Source of the DNA: Deltaproteobacteria bacterium | Lineage (GTDB): Bacteria; Desulfobacterota; Binatia; UBA12015 | Length of the DNA stretch: 64,000 nt | Assembly: GCA_029262355.1 (NCBI GenBank) | Contig: JAJCZO010000297.1 | Span: 21,055-85,054, forward strand | Direction of reading: 5' to 3' | Shown here: positions 8,199 through 17,517 of the stretch, one piece after another | Layout of the letters: each line of letters begins with the position of its first letter | How positions within the stretch are numbered: the first letter of the stretch is position 1 | The notes under the pieces: generated by a model | The model's database searches: none | Told to the model about the DNA's origin: nothing | The model's input: only the letters and a program-made list of their open reading frames with translations | Made by a program: the position numbers and the translations under genes

Positions 8199-9572
8199 TT
8201 AGGCGGTTAGACGCCGCAGGGCCTGCCTGCACCGGTGGCGGAGCTTTCTCGCTGCGCCGCGTGCCTGCTCGGCCGCCTTTGTTCGGTTGAGCTTGTTCTC
8301 CCGCATCCACGGCCAAACCCGTCGTAGGTTAGAGGGTGAGACCAGCCACTCGGGCTTCAGCCAGATGCCCCAGCGGTAGAGCCACAGGAGGTCTCGCGTC
8401 AAGATCCAGGGCCAGTCGCGATCGTTGAGCACGAAGACTCGGGAAGAGATCGACATCGTCTCGAAACCGAACCGGGCGCTGAAGGCGAAGCGGAGTGCCT
8501 GTGAGCACACTTCGAGATGTGCGGGCATCGGATCGGGGCCCAACGATTCCAAGGACCCGTTGGGGATCGACATCTCGAGGGTGACGCCCAGGTCTGGCAC
8601 CCGGACATGCACGGGCTGGAGTACGTTGATTCTCTTGCGGGTGAACTTGTCGTGAATGTCGGCTGAAAAGCTCGCGAAGATCTCTTGTAGTTCCACGACG
8701 GGCACGATCGGTGGCTCGTCCATCGGCAGCTCGGGAATCTTCGGTTCGTCCGCCTTGAAGCGCTCGATGTTCGCAGTAGAGTCGAACGGAGCCTCGACGT
8801 CGTACTCGTCGCCCGGGTAGAGAAGCGCCGAGTCGCAGCCCTCGTCGAGCAGGCGTTGATGCGCAGTGACGGGTCGGTTCGCGTAGGCGTTCACGAACCA
8901 GTTGTCGCGATTGGAGAAGTACACGAAGCTTGCGAACGGGATCGTGACCCTGGATTCGAGCCACCGGTGAACGTCGACGATATGAAGGAGAATCGACTCC
9001 GCCATGTATCGCAGCTCGTAGTCGTAGTCCTTGCCTCCGGTGTATCCTGCGAGGGAGAACTGCTTGAGCGCCACATCGACGTGGCCGAGGTCACGGGTCA
9101 TCGTTCGGCAGTCGTCTTCGGCCATCTGTGCGTCGTTCACGTTGACGCAGACCGAGCCTTCGCTGGTGACGGCAAGACACGAGTCACCGTAAGGGGCGTG
9201 ATAGCAGTAGACACTCATCGATGGGCTGATCGCCACCTGCTGGCGATGGCGCAGCAAGCGAATCTTCTCGAACCCGAGGCGGCGAAGCGCTGTGCAAACT
9301 TCGTCGCTTCCTCGATCCTGGTACAGAACCGTGACACGCTTCCTCCAGCTCTCAGGAAGGGAAGCGAGGGTCGGGAAATGGAGATGATCTGGGTGCTCGT
9401 GTGAGATCCATAGAAAATCGATGTCGTCGAGCCACTCTTCGCTCCACACCGCTTTGGGAAACAGACTCCACGAGTCGTTGAAGGCCTTCCCGAAGAGCCA
9501 CGGATCACACAGGACTGCTGCATCAAGTCCCGTGGTGATGACGGACGCGTGGCTGACGAGGCGGATCTTCAT
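8199..9572 (-). CDS. MBL-fold metallo-hydrolase with an uncharacterised C-terminal domain
   Basis: Carries an HEHPDH (HxHxDH) metallo-beta-lactamase motif near the N-terminus. It is 457 aa and is the last gene of the minus-strand operon. Confidence 0.7.
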   Translation of the reverse strand: MKIRLVSHASVITTGLDAAVLCDPWLFGKAFNDSWSLFPKAVWSEEWLDDIDFLWISHEHPDHLHFPTLASLPESWRKRVTVLYQDRGSDEVCTALRRLGFEKIRLLRHRQQVAISPSMSVYCYHAPYGDSCLAVTSEGSVCVNVNDAQMAEDDCRTMTRDLGHVDVALKQFSLAGYTGGKDYDYELRYMAESILLHIVDVHRWLESRVTIPFASFVYFSNRDNWFVNAYANRPVTAHQRLLDEGCDSALLYPGDEYDVEAPFDSTANIERFKADEPKIPELPMDEPPIVPVVELQEIFASFSADIHDKFTRKRINVLQPVHVRVPDLGVTLEMSIPNGSLESLGPDPMPAHLEVCSQALRFAFSARFGFETMSISSRVFVLNDRDWPWILTRDLLWLYRWGIWLKPEWLVSPSNLRRVWPWMRENKLNRTKAAEQARGAARKLRHRCRQALRRLTA

Positions 9573-9664
9573 GGTGCTGTCGGCTTATGATGCCGATTCG
9601 CATCCGGCCTCGCCAGCTGTGGGCCTGTCGGTATTTCAGCGGCTGGAGCCAAGAGCAACGCGCG

Positions 9665-11056
9665 TCAGGCGTCAGGGACGTCCTGGTGTGCATCGAGCAT
9701 CTTGACCATCAATCCCTCGACGAACTCGAGAGCTGCGGTGTCGCCCTTGGGAAGGCCCCCGTAAACGGCCCCCGTCGTCGCCTTCTCCTGCTTCGGGTTC
9801 TTGGCGTAGGCGACGCCTTCGGCGAGGTCGTTCTTGAAGCTCTCGACGACACCATCTTGGGTTTGCGGGCGCGTCACGCACATGTGGAGTGCATTCGGAT
9901 GCTGCTGGCCGTTGAAGCGCCAGCCGCGTTCCCGCATGAGGTCGTTTACATGGTAGATGTCGAACGCGTCCGAGCGGAAGGAGAAGCAGAACGCGGGCTT
10001 GCCCATGAGCTTGAGCTCGGGGAGGTCTTTCACGACGTCTTGCATTGCGTACGAGGTGTCGAAAATCTTCTTGGCGTACCGCAGGTAGCCGTCGCGGCCC
10101 ATGCTGACGAGTGAGGCCCAGGTTGCCGCGAGAATGCCGCCAGAACGACTGCCGGCGATGCCCGGGGAGAGGTACTTTCCGCCTGACCACTCTTGCTGCA
10201 TGAAGTAGAGCCCCTGGCGGAGCTTCTTGTCGCGGTAGCACAAGACCGAGCTTCCCTTGGGGCCGTATCCGTACTTGTGGGTGTCGGCCGAGATCGAAGT
10301 TACACCCGGGAGGCGGAAGTCGAACACCGGGATGTCGAATCCGAGTTCTTCGCCCCAGGGCAAGATCCACCCGCCGAGGCAGCCGTCGACGTGCAGGCCG
10401 ATGTCGTGCTGCACGGCGATCGCAGACAGTTCATCGATCGCGTCGATCGTACCGTAGCCGTAGTTGCAGGCCGATCCCACAAGGAGCGCGGTACGGTCTG
10501 TAATGTGGCTCTTCACGAAGTCGACGTCCACCAACGTCGTCTCGGGGTCGACGGGAGCCCTGATGACTTCGAGGCCGAACAGATGTCCGCCCTTCTCGAA
10601 CGCGACGTGTGCAGTCTCCGGCAGGATCATCTGCGGCTGAGTGATGCCACGGTGCTCGCGCGCGAACTCCCGGTACGCGAGGATCGCCGAGAGGATGCTT
10701 TCGGTGCCGCCGGAAGTCACGCTGCCGCATGGCGACGAGCCTTCGGGGGCCTGGCTCGCGTGAAGCATGTCGAGGGTCATCGCGATGATCTCGCCCTCGA
10801 ATCGGGTAGCGCTCGGACACATGTCGCGCTGCAGCGCGTTCACGTGCGAGTACATGCCGAACGCTTCGGTCATGAAGCCGTAGTGCTCCATGTCGCCGCA
10901 GTACATCGTCCCCGAGCACCGACCGGTCTGCCAGAAGCCGTCCTCGTCGTGCGCCATCTCGCGAAGCTCGCCCAGGACTTCTTCGCGGGGACGCCCCTTC
11001 TCCGGCATGCCTCGATTCACGGGATAGCGGTTTGCGTAGGGGTAGTAGTCAGCCAT
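9665..11056 (-). CDS. Group II PLP-dependent enzyme, sphingosine-1-phosphate lyase / decarboxylase family
   Basis: Has the PLP-lysine motif SISADTHKYGYGPKGSS with matching fold-type-I context. The start is trimmed to ATG 11056 (MADYYPYANRYP), preceded by a GAGGAGAGA RBS. The ORF-track extension to 11332 overlaps the upstream kinase. Confidence 0.8.
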   Translation of the reverse strand: MADYYPYANRYPVNRGMPEKGRPREEVLGELREMAHDEDGFWQTGRCSGTMYCGDMEHYGFMTEAFGMYSHVNALQRDMCPSATRFEGEIIAMTLDMLHASQAPEGSSPCGSVTSGGTESILSAILAYREFAREHRGITQPQMILPETAHVAFEKGGHLFGLEVIRAPVDPETTLVDVDFVKSHITDRTALLVGSACNYGYGTIDAIDELSAIAVQHDIGLHVDGCLGGWILPWGEELGFDIPVFDFRLPGVTSISADTHKYGYGPKGSSVLCYRDKKLRQGLYFMQQEWSGGKYLSPGIAGSRSGGILAATWASLVSMGRDGYLRYAKKIFDTSYAMQDVVKDLPELKLMGKPAFCFSFRSDAFDIYHVNDLMRERGWRFNGQQHPNALHMCVTRPQTQDGVVESFKNDLAEGVAYAKNPKQEKATTGAVYGGLPKGDTAALEFVEGLMVKMLDAHQDVPDA

Positions 11057-11067
11057 CGTGTCTCTCC

Positions 11068-12615
11068 TCAGCTCTTGTTGAGTGCGTCGTAGATTGGTTC
11101 GGTCTGCTCGTAGGCGAGCAGGAATTGTTTGAACAGGTGATCGTACGTCCTCTGTGCGTCCGCGCGCGGAATGTAGCGTCGTTCCACTGGACAGAACGCG
11201 TCGATGTCGTCGTCGGTCGCGAGACCCAGGCGACGGAAGACCAGGAATGCTGCGCCTCTCGTGTTGGCCTGGCGGGCCCCAGCGAGTTGGAGGACGGGTC
11301 GACCGGTCACGTCGGCCATGATCTGCGCCCACTGATCGGAGACCGCTCCGCCGCCGGAGTAGTAGAGGCTATCGAAGGTTTGCTTCGAGAAGGCCTCTAC
11401 GCCGGGCAGCATCCAGCGCAGATGATACGAGACGCCTTCCATCACGGCGCGCAGCATGTGGGCTCGTGTCGTCTCGAGAGTGATGTTCAGAAACCCACCC
11501 CGCATCGTTTCGCTCTGCTTGGGGGCCTGTGCTCCGGTGAGCCACGGGAGGAACAGGAGTCCGTCGCTGCCGGGCGGCACGTCGCGTATCGTTTCATCGA
11601 TCCATGCCCACGGGTCTTCGACGGTGTGTTTTCCGAGTGCGTCGGCCGCGTACACGACGTTGAGAAGGAAGTGCTCGACCAGCTTCCCGCCGAGCCCGAC
11701 CTCGGCCATCGACATGTACTCCCCAGGAATCGGGCTCGGCATGCTCACGATCTGGTACTCGCCGTCGGTGTTCTTCTCTTCGGCGCGCGCGAGAACCTGA
11801 ATCGTCGTGCCGACGTTGAGGCCGCCGCGGTTGGGTAGATACGTGCCCGTTCCGATCGTCACTGCCTGCGTGTCGTTGATGCCGGAGAAGACGGGAGTTG
11901 ACGGCAAGAGCCCAAGCTCCGTCGCGATCTCGGGCCGAAGCGGGCCGATGATCGAATCCACGGGCACGAGGGGAGGAAGCTTCGCCGGGTCGATCCCGGA
12001 GTACGCGACGAGGTCGGGGTCGTACTCGAGGCTCGAGAGGTCGCGGTTGTCGCTGAGCATGAGGGCAAATGCGGTGCAGCAGTTCGCCGTGAGCCTGCCC
12101 GTCAGGCGAGCATTCACGAAGTCGACCGGTTCGAGGAAGCAGTGGGTGCGCGCGTAGGCCTCAGGCAAGTCGTTCTTCACGTACAGCATGTGCGACAGGG
12201 AATCGGTTCCGAAGGGGAGAGCGCCGTGGACCTCGACCCATTTGATCAGCGCGTCGAGATCGCTCTTCACCAAGCCCTGTCCGTACTTGGCGCCGCGGCT
12301 GTCCATCCAGACGAGCAGGTTCGTCGTGGGGTTGCCATCGCCGTCGACCGGCACGAGTGAGAAGTAGTGGCTCGAGCAGAGGACGCCGACGATCTCTTCG
12401 GGGGGTCGACCGGCCTCGCGCACGACCTGCTGCACCGCCTGGACGATCGCCCGCCAGATCTCTTCGGGGTCTTGCTCGGCCCCCCCAGGGGGAATGCGGA
12501 TGGTCGCTACGGCGCGGTTCGTGTGGGCGGCGACGCGCCCGTCGGCCGCGACCAGAGCGACTTTCGGGCCGCTAGTGCCGAGATCGATCGCGAGGGCGTA
12601 TCGGTGATCTGCCAT
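11068..12615 (-). CDS. FGGY-family carbohydrate/polyol kinase
   Basis: Has the N-terminal motif AIDLGTSGPKVALV and the C-terminal motif YYSGGGAVSDQWAQIMADVTGRPV typical of the FGGY N and C domains. It is 515 aa. Confidence 0.85.
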   Translation of the reverse strand: MADHRYALAIDLGTSGPKVALVAADGRVAAHTNRAVATIRIPPGGAEQDPEEIWRAIVQAVQQVVREAGRPPEEIVGVLCSSHYFSLVPVDGDGNPTTNLLVWMDSRGAKYGQGLVKSDLDALIKWVEVHGALPFGTDSLSHMLYVKNDLPEAYARTHCFLEPVDFVNARLTGRLTANCCTAFALMLSDNRDLSSLEYDPDLVAYSGIDPAKLPPLVPVDSIIGPLRPEIATELGLLPSTPVFSGINDTQAVTIGTGTYLPNRGGLNVGTTIQVLARAEEKNTDGEYQIVSMPSPIPGEYMSMAEVGLGGKLVEHFLLNVVYAADALGKHTVEDPWAWIDETIRDVPPGSDGLLFLPWLTGAQAPKQSETMRGGFLNITLETTRAHMLRAVMEGVSYHLRWMLPGVEAFSKQTFDSLYYSGGGAVSDQWAQIMADVTGRPVLQLAGARQANTRGAAFLVFRRLGLATDDDIDAFCPVERRYIPRADAQRTYDHLFKQFLLAYEQTEPIYDALNKS

Positions 12616-12633
12616 GGGTGGGGTGGGTCCTCG

Positions 12634-14340
12634 TCAGATGGTGGGGGTGACGGTGACTGGGCTCTCGGCCCAACCGTAGCGCACGGCCTTTGCCTCGACC
12701 GTCGTACCGATTCGGGTAGAGAATTTCTCGGAGTAGACCTGCCACGGGCCGGCGTTGCCCGTGCCGTCGATGAGGCGGTAGCCGATCGAAGCGCCCTCGG
12801 ATGGGGACGACATCTCGATCATCACGTGGCCGTCGGTGGTCGGGTTCACACGCACGACAGGGCGGGCAGTGCCGGGTTGCTCACCCCCGGGCCAGTACGT
12901 TGCGATCATCTCCTCTTCCGGCATGTCGCTGAGATCGGGGCGCTCGGCCATCCACGTGTCGAGGGCCGTCCACATGCGGTCGAGCGTGGCGCGGTGCTGG
13001 GGGTCCTCTGCCAGGTTCGCGACCTCGAACGGGTCCTCCCAGGTGTCGTAGAGCTGGTTGGCGGGGCGCGGCTCGAACCACAGCCGCTGAGTCGGATCGA
13101 GCTTGCCGTCCTCGAAAAGCCGTCGGAGTTCGCGCATCATGGGTTGGTTGTTGCGGTAGGCGAGGTCGAGCGCGGCCGGGGTGCCCGGCGTGCCGGTGCG
13201 GATGTACTTGTAACGTTCGTCGCGTACGGCGCGTTCTTGGTCGGGCCACTCGTCGATCCGATCGCGCGAGGCGTAGATGTATTGGCGGGGCGGATCAGCG
13301 CTCATCCCGGCGAAGACCCTACCGTCGCTCCAGGCGGGAGTCTCGACTCCCGCAAGCGCGAGGATCGTCGCCGAGAGGTCGACGAAGCTCACGAGCCGCT
13401 CATCGACCGAGCCCGGCTCTACTCCTGCGGGGCGGAAACGCTCGGGCCAGCGAATGATCATCGGCACTCTGATGCCCGAGTCGAAGAGAGACCGCTTCCC
13501 GCGGGGCAGTCCGTCGCCGTGGTCGGTCGTCCAGATGACGATGGTCGAGCCGGCGAGGCCGTCCCGCTCGAGGGCGTCGAGTGTCGCGCCGACCTCTTCG
13601 TCCATGACGTGGATGTTCTCGTAGTGGCGCGCCATGTCGGCCCGCACCGTCGGCGTGTCGGGGAAATACGGGGGAATCTCGATGTCGGCGGGATTCATCA
13701 CGGGCTCGCGGCCCAGAGCCGCCCATGCTCGGCCCAAGACCGAGACGGCGTGAGAGACGCTTCGGGGCCAGGTGAGCGGGAAGACGCCGCTCTCGTGCGT
13801 CACGTTGTAGTTGATCTGGCCGTAGAACGGCTTGTCCCGCGGTGTGCCCGTCCAGTCGGCGCCGGACCATGTCTCGCGATCCCAGATGGTGAACGGACCG
13901 CTGCCGGGGAAGACGTGGCTGAACTGGTAGTCCAGCTTCGCCGTCGTGAAGGTGAAGTACCCGGCCTTGCGCAGCAGCTCGGGGAACGCCTTCACCTCCG
14001 GGGGCGGAACGGCCCGAAAGCTCTGCAGCCCGTACGTCCGCATGTGCTGACCACCAATCGCGGTTTGTCGCACGCCGGTGATCAGCCCCGCTCGGCTGGG
14101 CGCGCAGACGCCGGCAGTCGTGAAGGTGTTTGGAAAGCGAACGCCCTCGGTCGCGAGCCGATCGAGGTTGGGCGTGATCGCAACCTCGTCGCCGAAAGCG
14201 CCGATACGCGCGCTCAGGTCCTCGGCGGTCAGCAGGAGGATGTTCGGCCGTTGTTGGGGAAGCCGCCCGCCCGAGGGCCCTTGCTGGCACGCCGACAACA
14301 GCAGGGCTGCGGCAAGGGCGGCACAGACTCTCGAGTGCAT
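12634..14340 (-). CDS. Sulfatase (formylglycine-dependent, C-A-P-S-R), lipoprotein
   Basis: Canonical motif TAGVCAPSRAGLITG with a lipobox signal peptide MHSRVCAALAAALLLSAC. The start is trimmed to ATG 14340. It carries a C-terminal beta-sandwich extension. Confidence 0.85.
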   Translation of the reverse strand: MHSRVCAALAAALLLSACQQGPSGGRLPQQRPNILLLTAEDLSARIGAFGDEVAITPNLDRLATEGVRFPNTFTTAGVCAPSRAGLITGVRQTAIGGQHMRTYGLQSFRAVPPPEVKAFPELLRKAGYFTFTTAKLDYQFSHVFPGSGPFTIWDRETWSGADWTGTPRDKPFYGQINYNVTHESGVFPLTWPRSVSHAVSVLGRAWAALGREPVMNPADIEIPPYFPDTPTVRADMARHYENIHVMDEEVGATLDALERDGLAGSTIVIWTTDHGDGLPRGKRSLFDSGIRVPMIIRWPERFRPAGVEPGSVDERLVSFVDLSATILALAGVETPAWSDGRVFAGMSADPPRQYIYASRDRIDEWPDQERAVRDERYKYIRTGTPGTPAALDLAYRNNQPMMRELRRLFEDGKLDPTQRLWFEPRPANQLYDTWEDPFEVANLAEDPQHRATLDRMWTALDTWMAERPDLSDMPEEEMIATYWPGGEQPGTARPVVRVNPTTDGHVMIEMSSPSEGASIGYRLIDGTGNAGPWQVYSEKFSTRIGTTVEAKAVRYGWAESPVTVTPTI

Positions 14341-14389
14341 TACGGGCCTATACCACCGTTTCGAACTCGACCGGCAAGCACTCGGGAGC

Positions 14390-15403
14390 TCAGAGATCGG
14401 GGTGTGCCGTCTTCCAACACGACGCGGGCAGAGTGGCGAGTCCACGGCGCAGCGCCTGGGTCAGGATCTCGTGGGCGCGCTCGCCGGCGTGCTTGTTGCC
14501 TTGGGACACCCAGAGCGATCGCGGGTCTTCGCCCAGGAACAGGTCGAGAGAGGGGGCCACTCCGAGTCCGCGCTCCTTGGCGGCACCGGCTACGCGCTCG
14601 TACACCTGGTCGTAGGGGTGGAAGTGATGGAGCGAATCTAGCTGGGTCTGCAGGAGTACGAGGACGCATGCGTCGTACTGACGGCCCAGCGTCGCAAGGC
14701 GGTCGAGGTGCCCCGTGTAGGCCTGCCACGCCGCCTCATTGTGGAAGTAGTTGTCGAACATCTCGGCTGGGTAGGTGCCGGGTGCCCGGCGAATCCACGG
14801 CAGCTCTTGTAGGCCCATCTGAACGGCCCGGCTCAAGGCGCTCGCCGAGTGAACCGGTTTGGGGCGCATCCCGCGAGATGCCGACGAGCGGTAGAGGTCA
14901 CGGAGGCGGATGTCGGTCGGGGCGAAGCCGTACACGATGAGATCGGGCTCGTAGGCCAGCCCCACGGTCTCCAACCGCTTCATCGAGTGCTCGATGTTTG
15001 CGCCGGCGATCGCGACGTTCACGACTTCGATGCGCGGGGCTCGCTCCTCGGAGAGCTCGTCCTCGATACGCGCCGCGTAGGTTCGCTCCTCGGCCACCCC
15101 CGAGCCCATCGCGTTCGAACCACCGGTGGCGACGATCCGGAACACGTCATCGGGCTTCGGGGTGTCGTACTCGCGGTCGCGAATGCCCTGTGAGTTGGTC
15201 TCGAAGAGCTGGCCCGCGAAGATCCCACGCTGATCCTTGCGAACCAGATCGGCGAGGCCCTTCAGCCGTCTCAGTTCTTTGGAATGCACTCGCGGCGTAG
15301 GAGAGGGCGGGGGCGGTGCCTCGAGCCAAAAGCGCAGCCCAATCTCAGCGGCGCCAGCGAGCAGTCCGAGAGTGATCGCAATCGTGAGGATAGGCCGAAG
15401 CAC
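14390..15403 (-). CDS. SGNH/GDSL-like hydrolase, N-terminally membrane-anchored (tentative)
   Basis: Has an N-terminal TM helix, then VATGGSNAMGSG (a GDS-like block I) and a C-terminal His-containing block. It is the first gene of the minus-strand operon. Confidence 0.5.
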   Translation of the reverse strand: MLRPILTIAITLGLLAGAAEIGLRFWLEAPPPPSPTPRVHSKELRRLKGLADLVRKDQRGIFAGQLFETNSQGIRDREYDTPKPDDVFRIVATGGSNAMGSGVAEERTYAARIEDELSEERAPRIEVVNVAIAGANIEHSMKRLETVGLAYEPDLIVYGFAPTDIRLRDLYRSSASRGMRPKPVHSASALSRAVQMGLQELPWIRRAPGTYPAEMFDNYFHNEAAWQAYTGHLDRLATLGRQYDACVLVLLQTQLDSLHHFHPYDQVYERVAGAAKERGLGVAPSLDLFLGEDPRSLWVSQGNKHAGERAHEILTQALRRGLATLPASCWKTAHPDL

Positions 15404-15609
15404 CGCGCTCAGGGTGGCAGAGGGCGGGGAAGGTGTCGAAAGGTGGTTGCCGCCCTGCCTCTGGGCGGGTCCGAGGCATTCGGGGCTCGGGCCGACCCCG
15501 GCGGGTCGATGTCGGGGGGCATGGCTGGTCTCGTATCTCGGGCCTCCGGCGGCCCGCCGAAGGCCGTTGGCTGATCTCGCCCGCCGGTCTATATTCCTTG
15601 GGTAGACTG

Positions 15610-16017
15610 ATGCTCCGTCGAATCCTCAGTACCGTTCTCCTGTTGCTGCTGTGTCTGCCGGCCACCTCGCTGGCGGTGCTGTACACCTGCGCGATGGACG
15701 GTCTGACCCGGATGTCGAACTGCGATGAGCACGCCGAGCACCGCGCGCGCGTCCAGCGATCCGTGGCTCGGCCGGTCGCCCAGGCGGGCGGGCATGGTTG
15801 CGCCGCAGTCCCCGAGACGTGCTGCGAGAGCCGCGTCGTCACGGCGTCACTCGAGACCGCTCCGAGCAACGAGATTCCGACGCCGTCGGCCGCAGTCGGG
15901 TACGTGGCGTCGGTCGCAGATGCTGGCTTCGCCTCGGGCGGGGTTGGCAGCAGCCTCGACGCTCCGCGGTGGCGAGGTCCACCGTTGTACGCACGCTTCG
16001 CGTCCTACCTCATCTGA
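15610..16017 (+). CDS. Small secreted Cys/His-rich hypothetical protein (possible periplasmic metal-binding protein)
   Basis: Signal peptide MLRRILSTVLLLLLCLPATSLA, then CAMDGLTRMSNCDEHAEH and HGCAAVPETCCES. It lies 120 bp upstream of, and co-oriented with, the cusCBA-like genes. Confidence 0.45.
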   Translation: MLRRILSTVLLLLLCLPATSLAVLYTCAMDGLTRMSNCDEHAEHRARVQRSVARPVAQAGGHGCAAVPETCCESRVVTASLETAPSNEIPTPSAAVGYVASVADAGFASGGVGSSLDAPRWRGPPLYARFASYLI

Positions 16018-16137
16018 TCCACCCTACCCGCTGGTTTGGCCCGATGCGCGTTCGCACGGCCGAGCCGTCCACGTGACCACATCGGACGGGTCCGTGTGGT
16101 CCTCATGCGGGCGAACCGCATCCAGGGGTTGGTTGGA

Positions 16138-17517
16138 ATGAGTACGTTTGGAAGAAGACCGGGAATCGCCGCGTGCGTGTTCATCGCATGGGGCTGTAGC
16201 GCGTCGGCCGATCGCTACGCGTCGGTTCGGACCGAGGCATTCGGTCCAGCGGACGACCCTGCTCCCCGCGCTGTGACGGAGCCCGGGGTGCCGCTGGCGA
16301 ACCACGTTTGGGGGGACGCGACCGAGCTGCTGCTCGAATCGGTTCAGCGCGTCGCGAAGGCGCGCAACCCGACGCTCGCCGCGGCGCGTGCGTCGTGGCA
16401 GGCAGCGGTCGAGCGCTATCCCCAGGTAACCGCCTTCAAGGATCCGACTTTTGGTTACGCGCTGGCGCCGGGCTCGATCGACTCAGACGAGAGCATCTAT
16501 GGACAGAAGATCGAGGTCGCCCAGCGGATCCCCTGGCCGGGCAAGCTCGCTTTGCGCGGCGAGGCCGCGTTGGACGACGCACAGGCGGCGGGCGATGGAT
16601 TCGAGAGCGCGCGCCAACACCTGCAGCATGCGGTCACCGAAGCGTTCTTCGCGCTCTGGCTCACCCACCGATCGATCGAGATCAACCGCACCAACCAGAA
16701 CCTGCTTGCAGAGTTCCAAGAGGTTGCGGAAGGTCGCTACGGCGCCGGCCTCGCCTCGAAGAGCGACGCTCTTCAGGCCGAGGTCGAGCATCAGCACCTC
16801 ATTCATCGGGGCATCGCGCTCGAGCGCGACCGCAAGGTTGCCAAGGCGCGTCTCAATACCCTGCTGAAGCTGCCCCCGACGCATCCCCTGCCGCCGCCGC
16901 CGAAACGCGTTCCGAAGCCGAGAGGCATCGCGGCCTTGCCACGGCTGGAGAAGGTCGCTCTCGAGGGTCGCCCCGAGCTTCAGGCGCTCGAGCATTCGGT
17001 GGGGGCGCGCTTGGCCGACGTCGACCTCGCGCACCGTGAGTACTTTCCCGATTTCGCGCTGAATGCGGGGTACAACAGCCTCTGGGAAGTGGTCGACAAG
17101 CGTACGGTCGTTGGCATCGCGATCGATGTTCCGTTGCAACTGGGTCGTCGGCAAGCCGCCGTGAACGAAGCAGAGGCAGCGCACCGCCGGGCACAGGCCC
17201 GGCTCGAGGAAGGCCGGTCCGAGACTCTGCTGGAGGTGAGCGAGGCGTACGATCAGCTCGTCGAGACGGAGCATGTCGTTCACTTGTACGCGACATCTAT
17301 CCTTCCGGTGGCGCGGGAGAGCCGCGACACGGCCCGTGTCGGCTACGAGGCGGGATCCAACGACTTCTTGACGCTCCTTCAGACCGAGAAGTCGCTCTAC
17401 CTGGCGGAGCTGACGTATCAGGAGGCACTCGCCGCGTATCACCAGGGCCGGGCGCGTCTCGAGTTTGCGGTGGGCCGCTCGCTCGACGCACTGGATGGAC
17501 CGGAGGTCATGCCATGA
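16138..17517 (+). CDS. TolC-family outer-membrane efflux protein (CusC/CzcC-like)
   Basis: Shows the outer-membrane-factor coiled-coil repeat structure and a signal peptide from ATG 16138. Its stop overlaps the MFP start (ATGA). Confidence 0.8.
   Translation: MSTFGRRPGIAACVFIAWGCSASADRYASVRTEAFGPADDPAPRAVTEPGVPLANHVWGDATELLLESVQRVAKARNPTLAAARASWQAAVERYPQVTAFKDPTFGYALAPGSIDSDESIYGQKIEVAQRIPWPGKLALRGEAALDDAQAAGDGFESARQHLQHAVTEAFFALWLTHRSIEINRTNQNLLAEFQEVAEGRYGAGLASKSDALQAEVEHQHLIHRGIALERDRKVAKARLNTLLKLPPTHPLPPPPKRVPKPRGIAALPRLEKVALEGRPELQALEHSVGARLADVDLAHREYFPDFALNAGYNSLWEVVDKRTVVGIAIDVPLQLGRRQAAVNEAEAAHRRAQARLEEGRSETLLEVSEAYDQLVETEHVVHLYATSILPVARESRDTARVGYEAGSNDFLTLLQTEKSLYLAELTYQEALAAYHQGRARLEFAVGRSLDALDGPEVMP

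Noticed and set aside
12367-14940. 857-aa plus-strand ORF and many other long ORFs in the track, for example 891..1796 minus, 1312..2031 minus, 19889..21808 minus (639 aa), 25352..26578 minus, 35308..37050 plus, 36954..38156 minus, 43658..45364 minus and 9672..10370 minus
   Set aside because: All are Arg/Pro/Ala/Gly-rich with no recognisable motifs. Each lies antisense to, or frame-shifted over, a gene with clear domain signatures. Open antisense frames are expected at about 68% GC.
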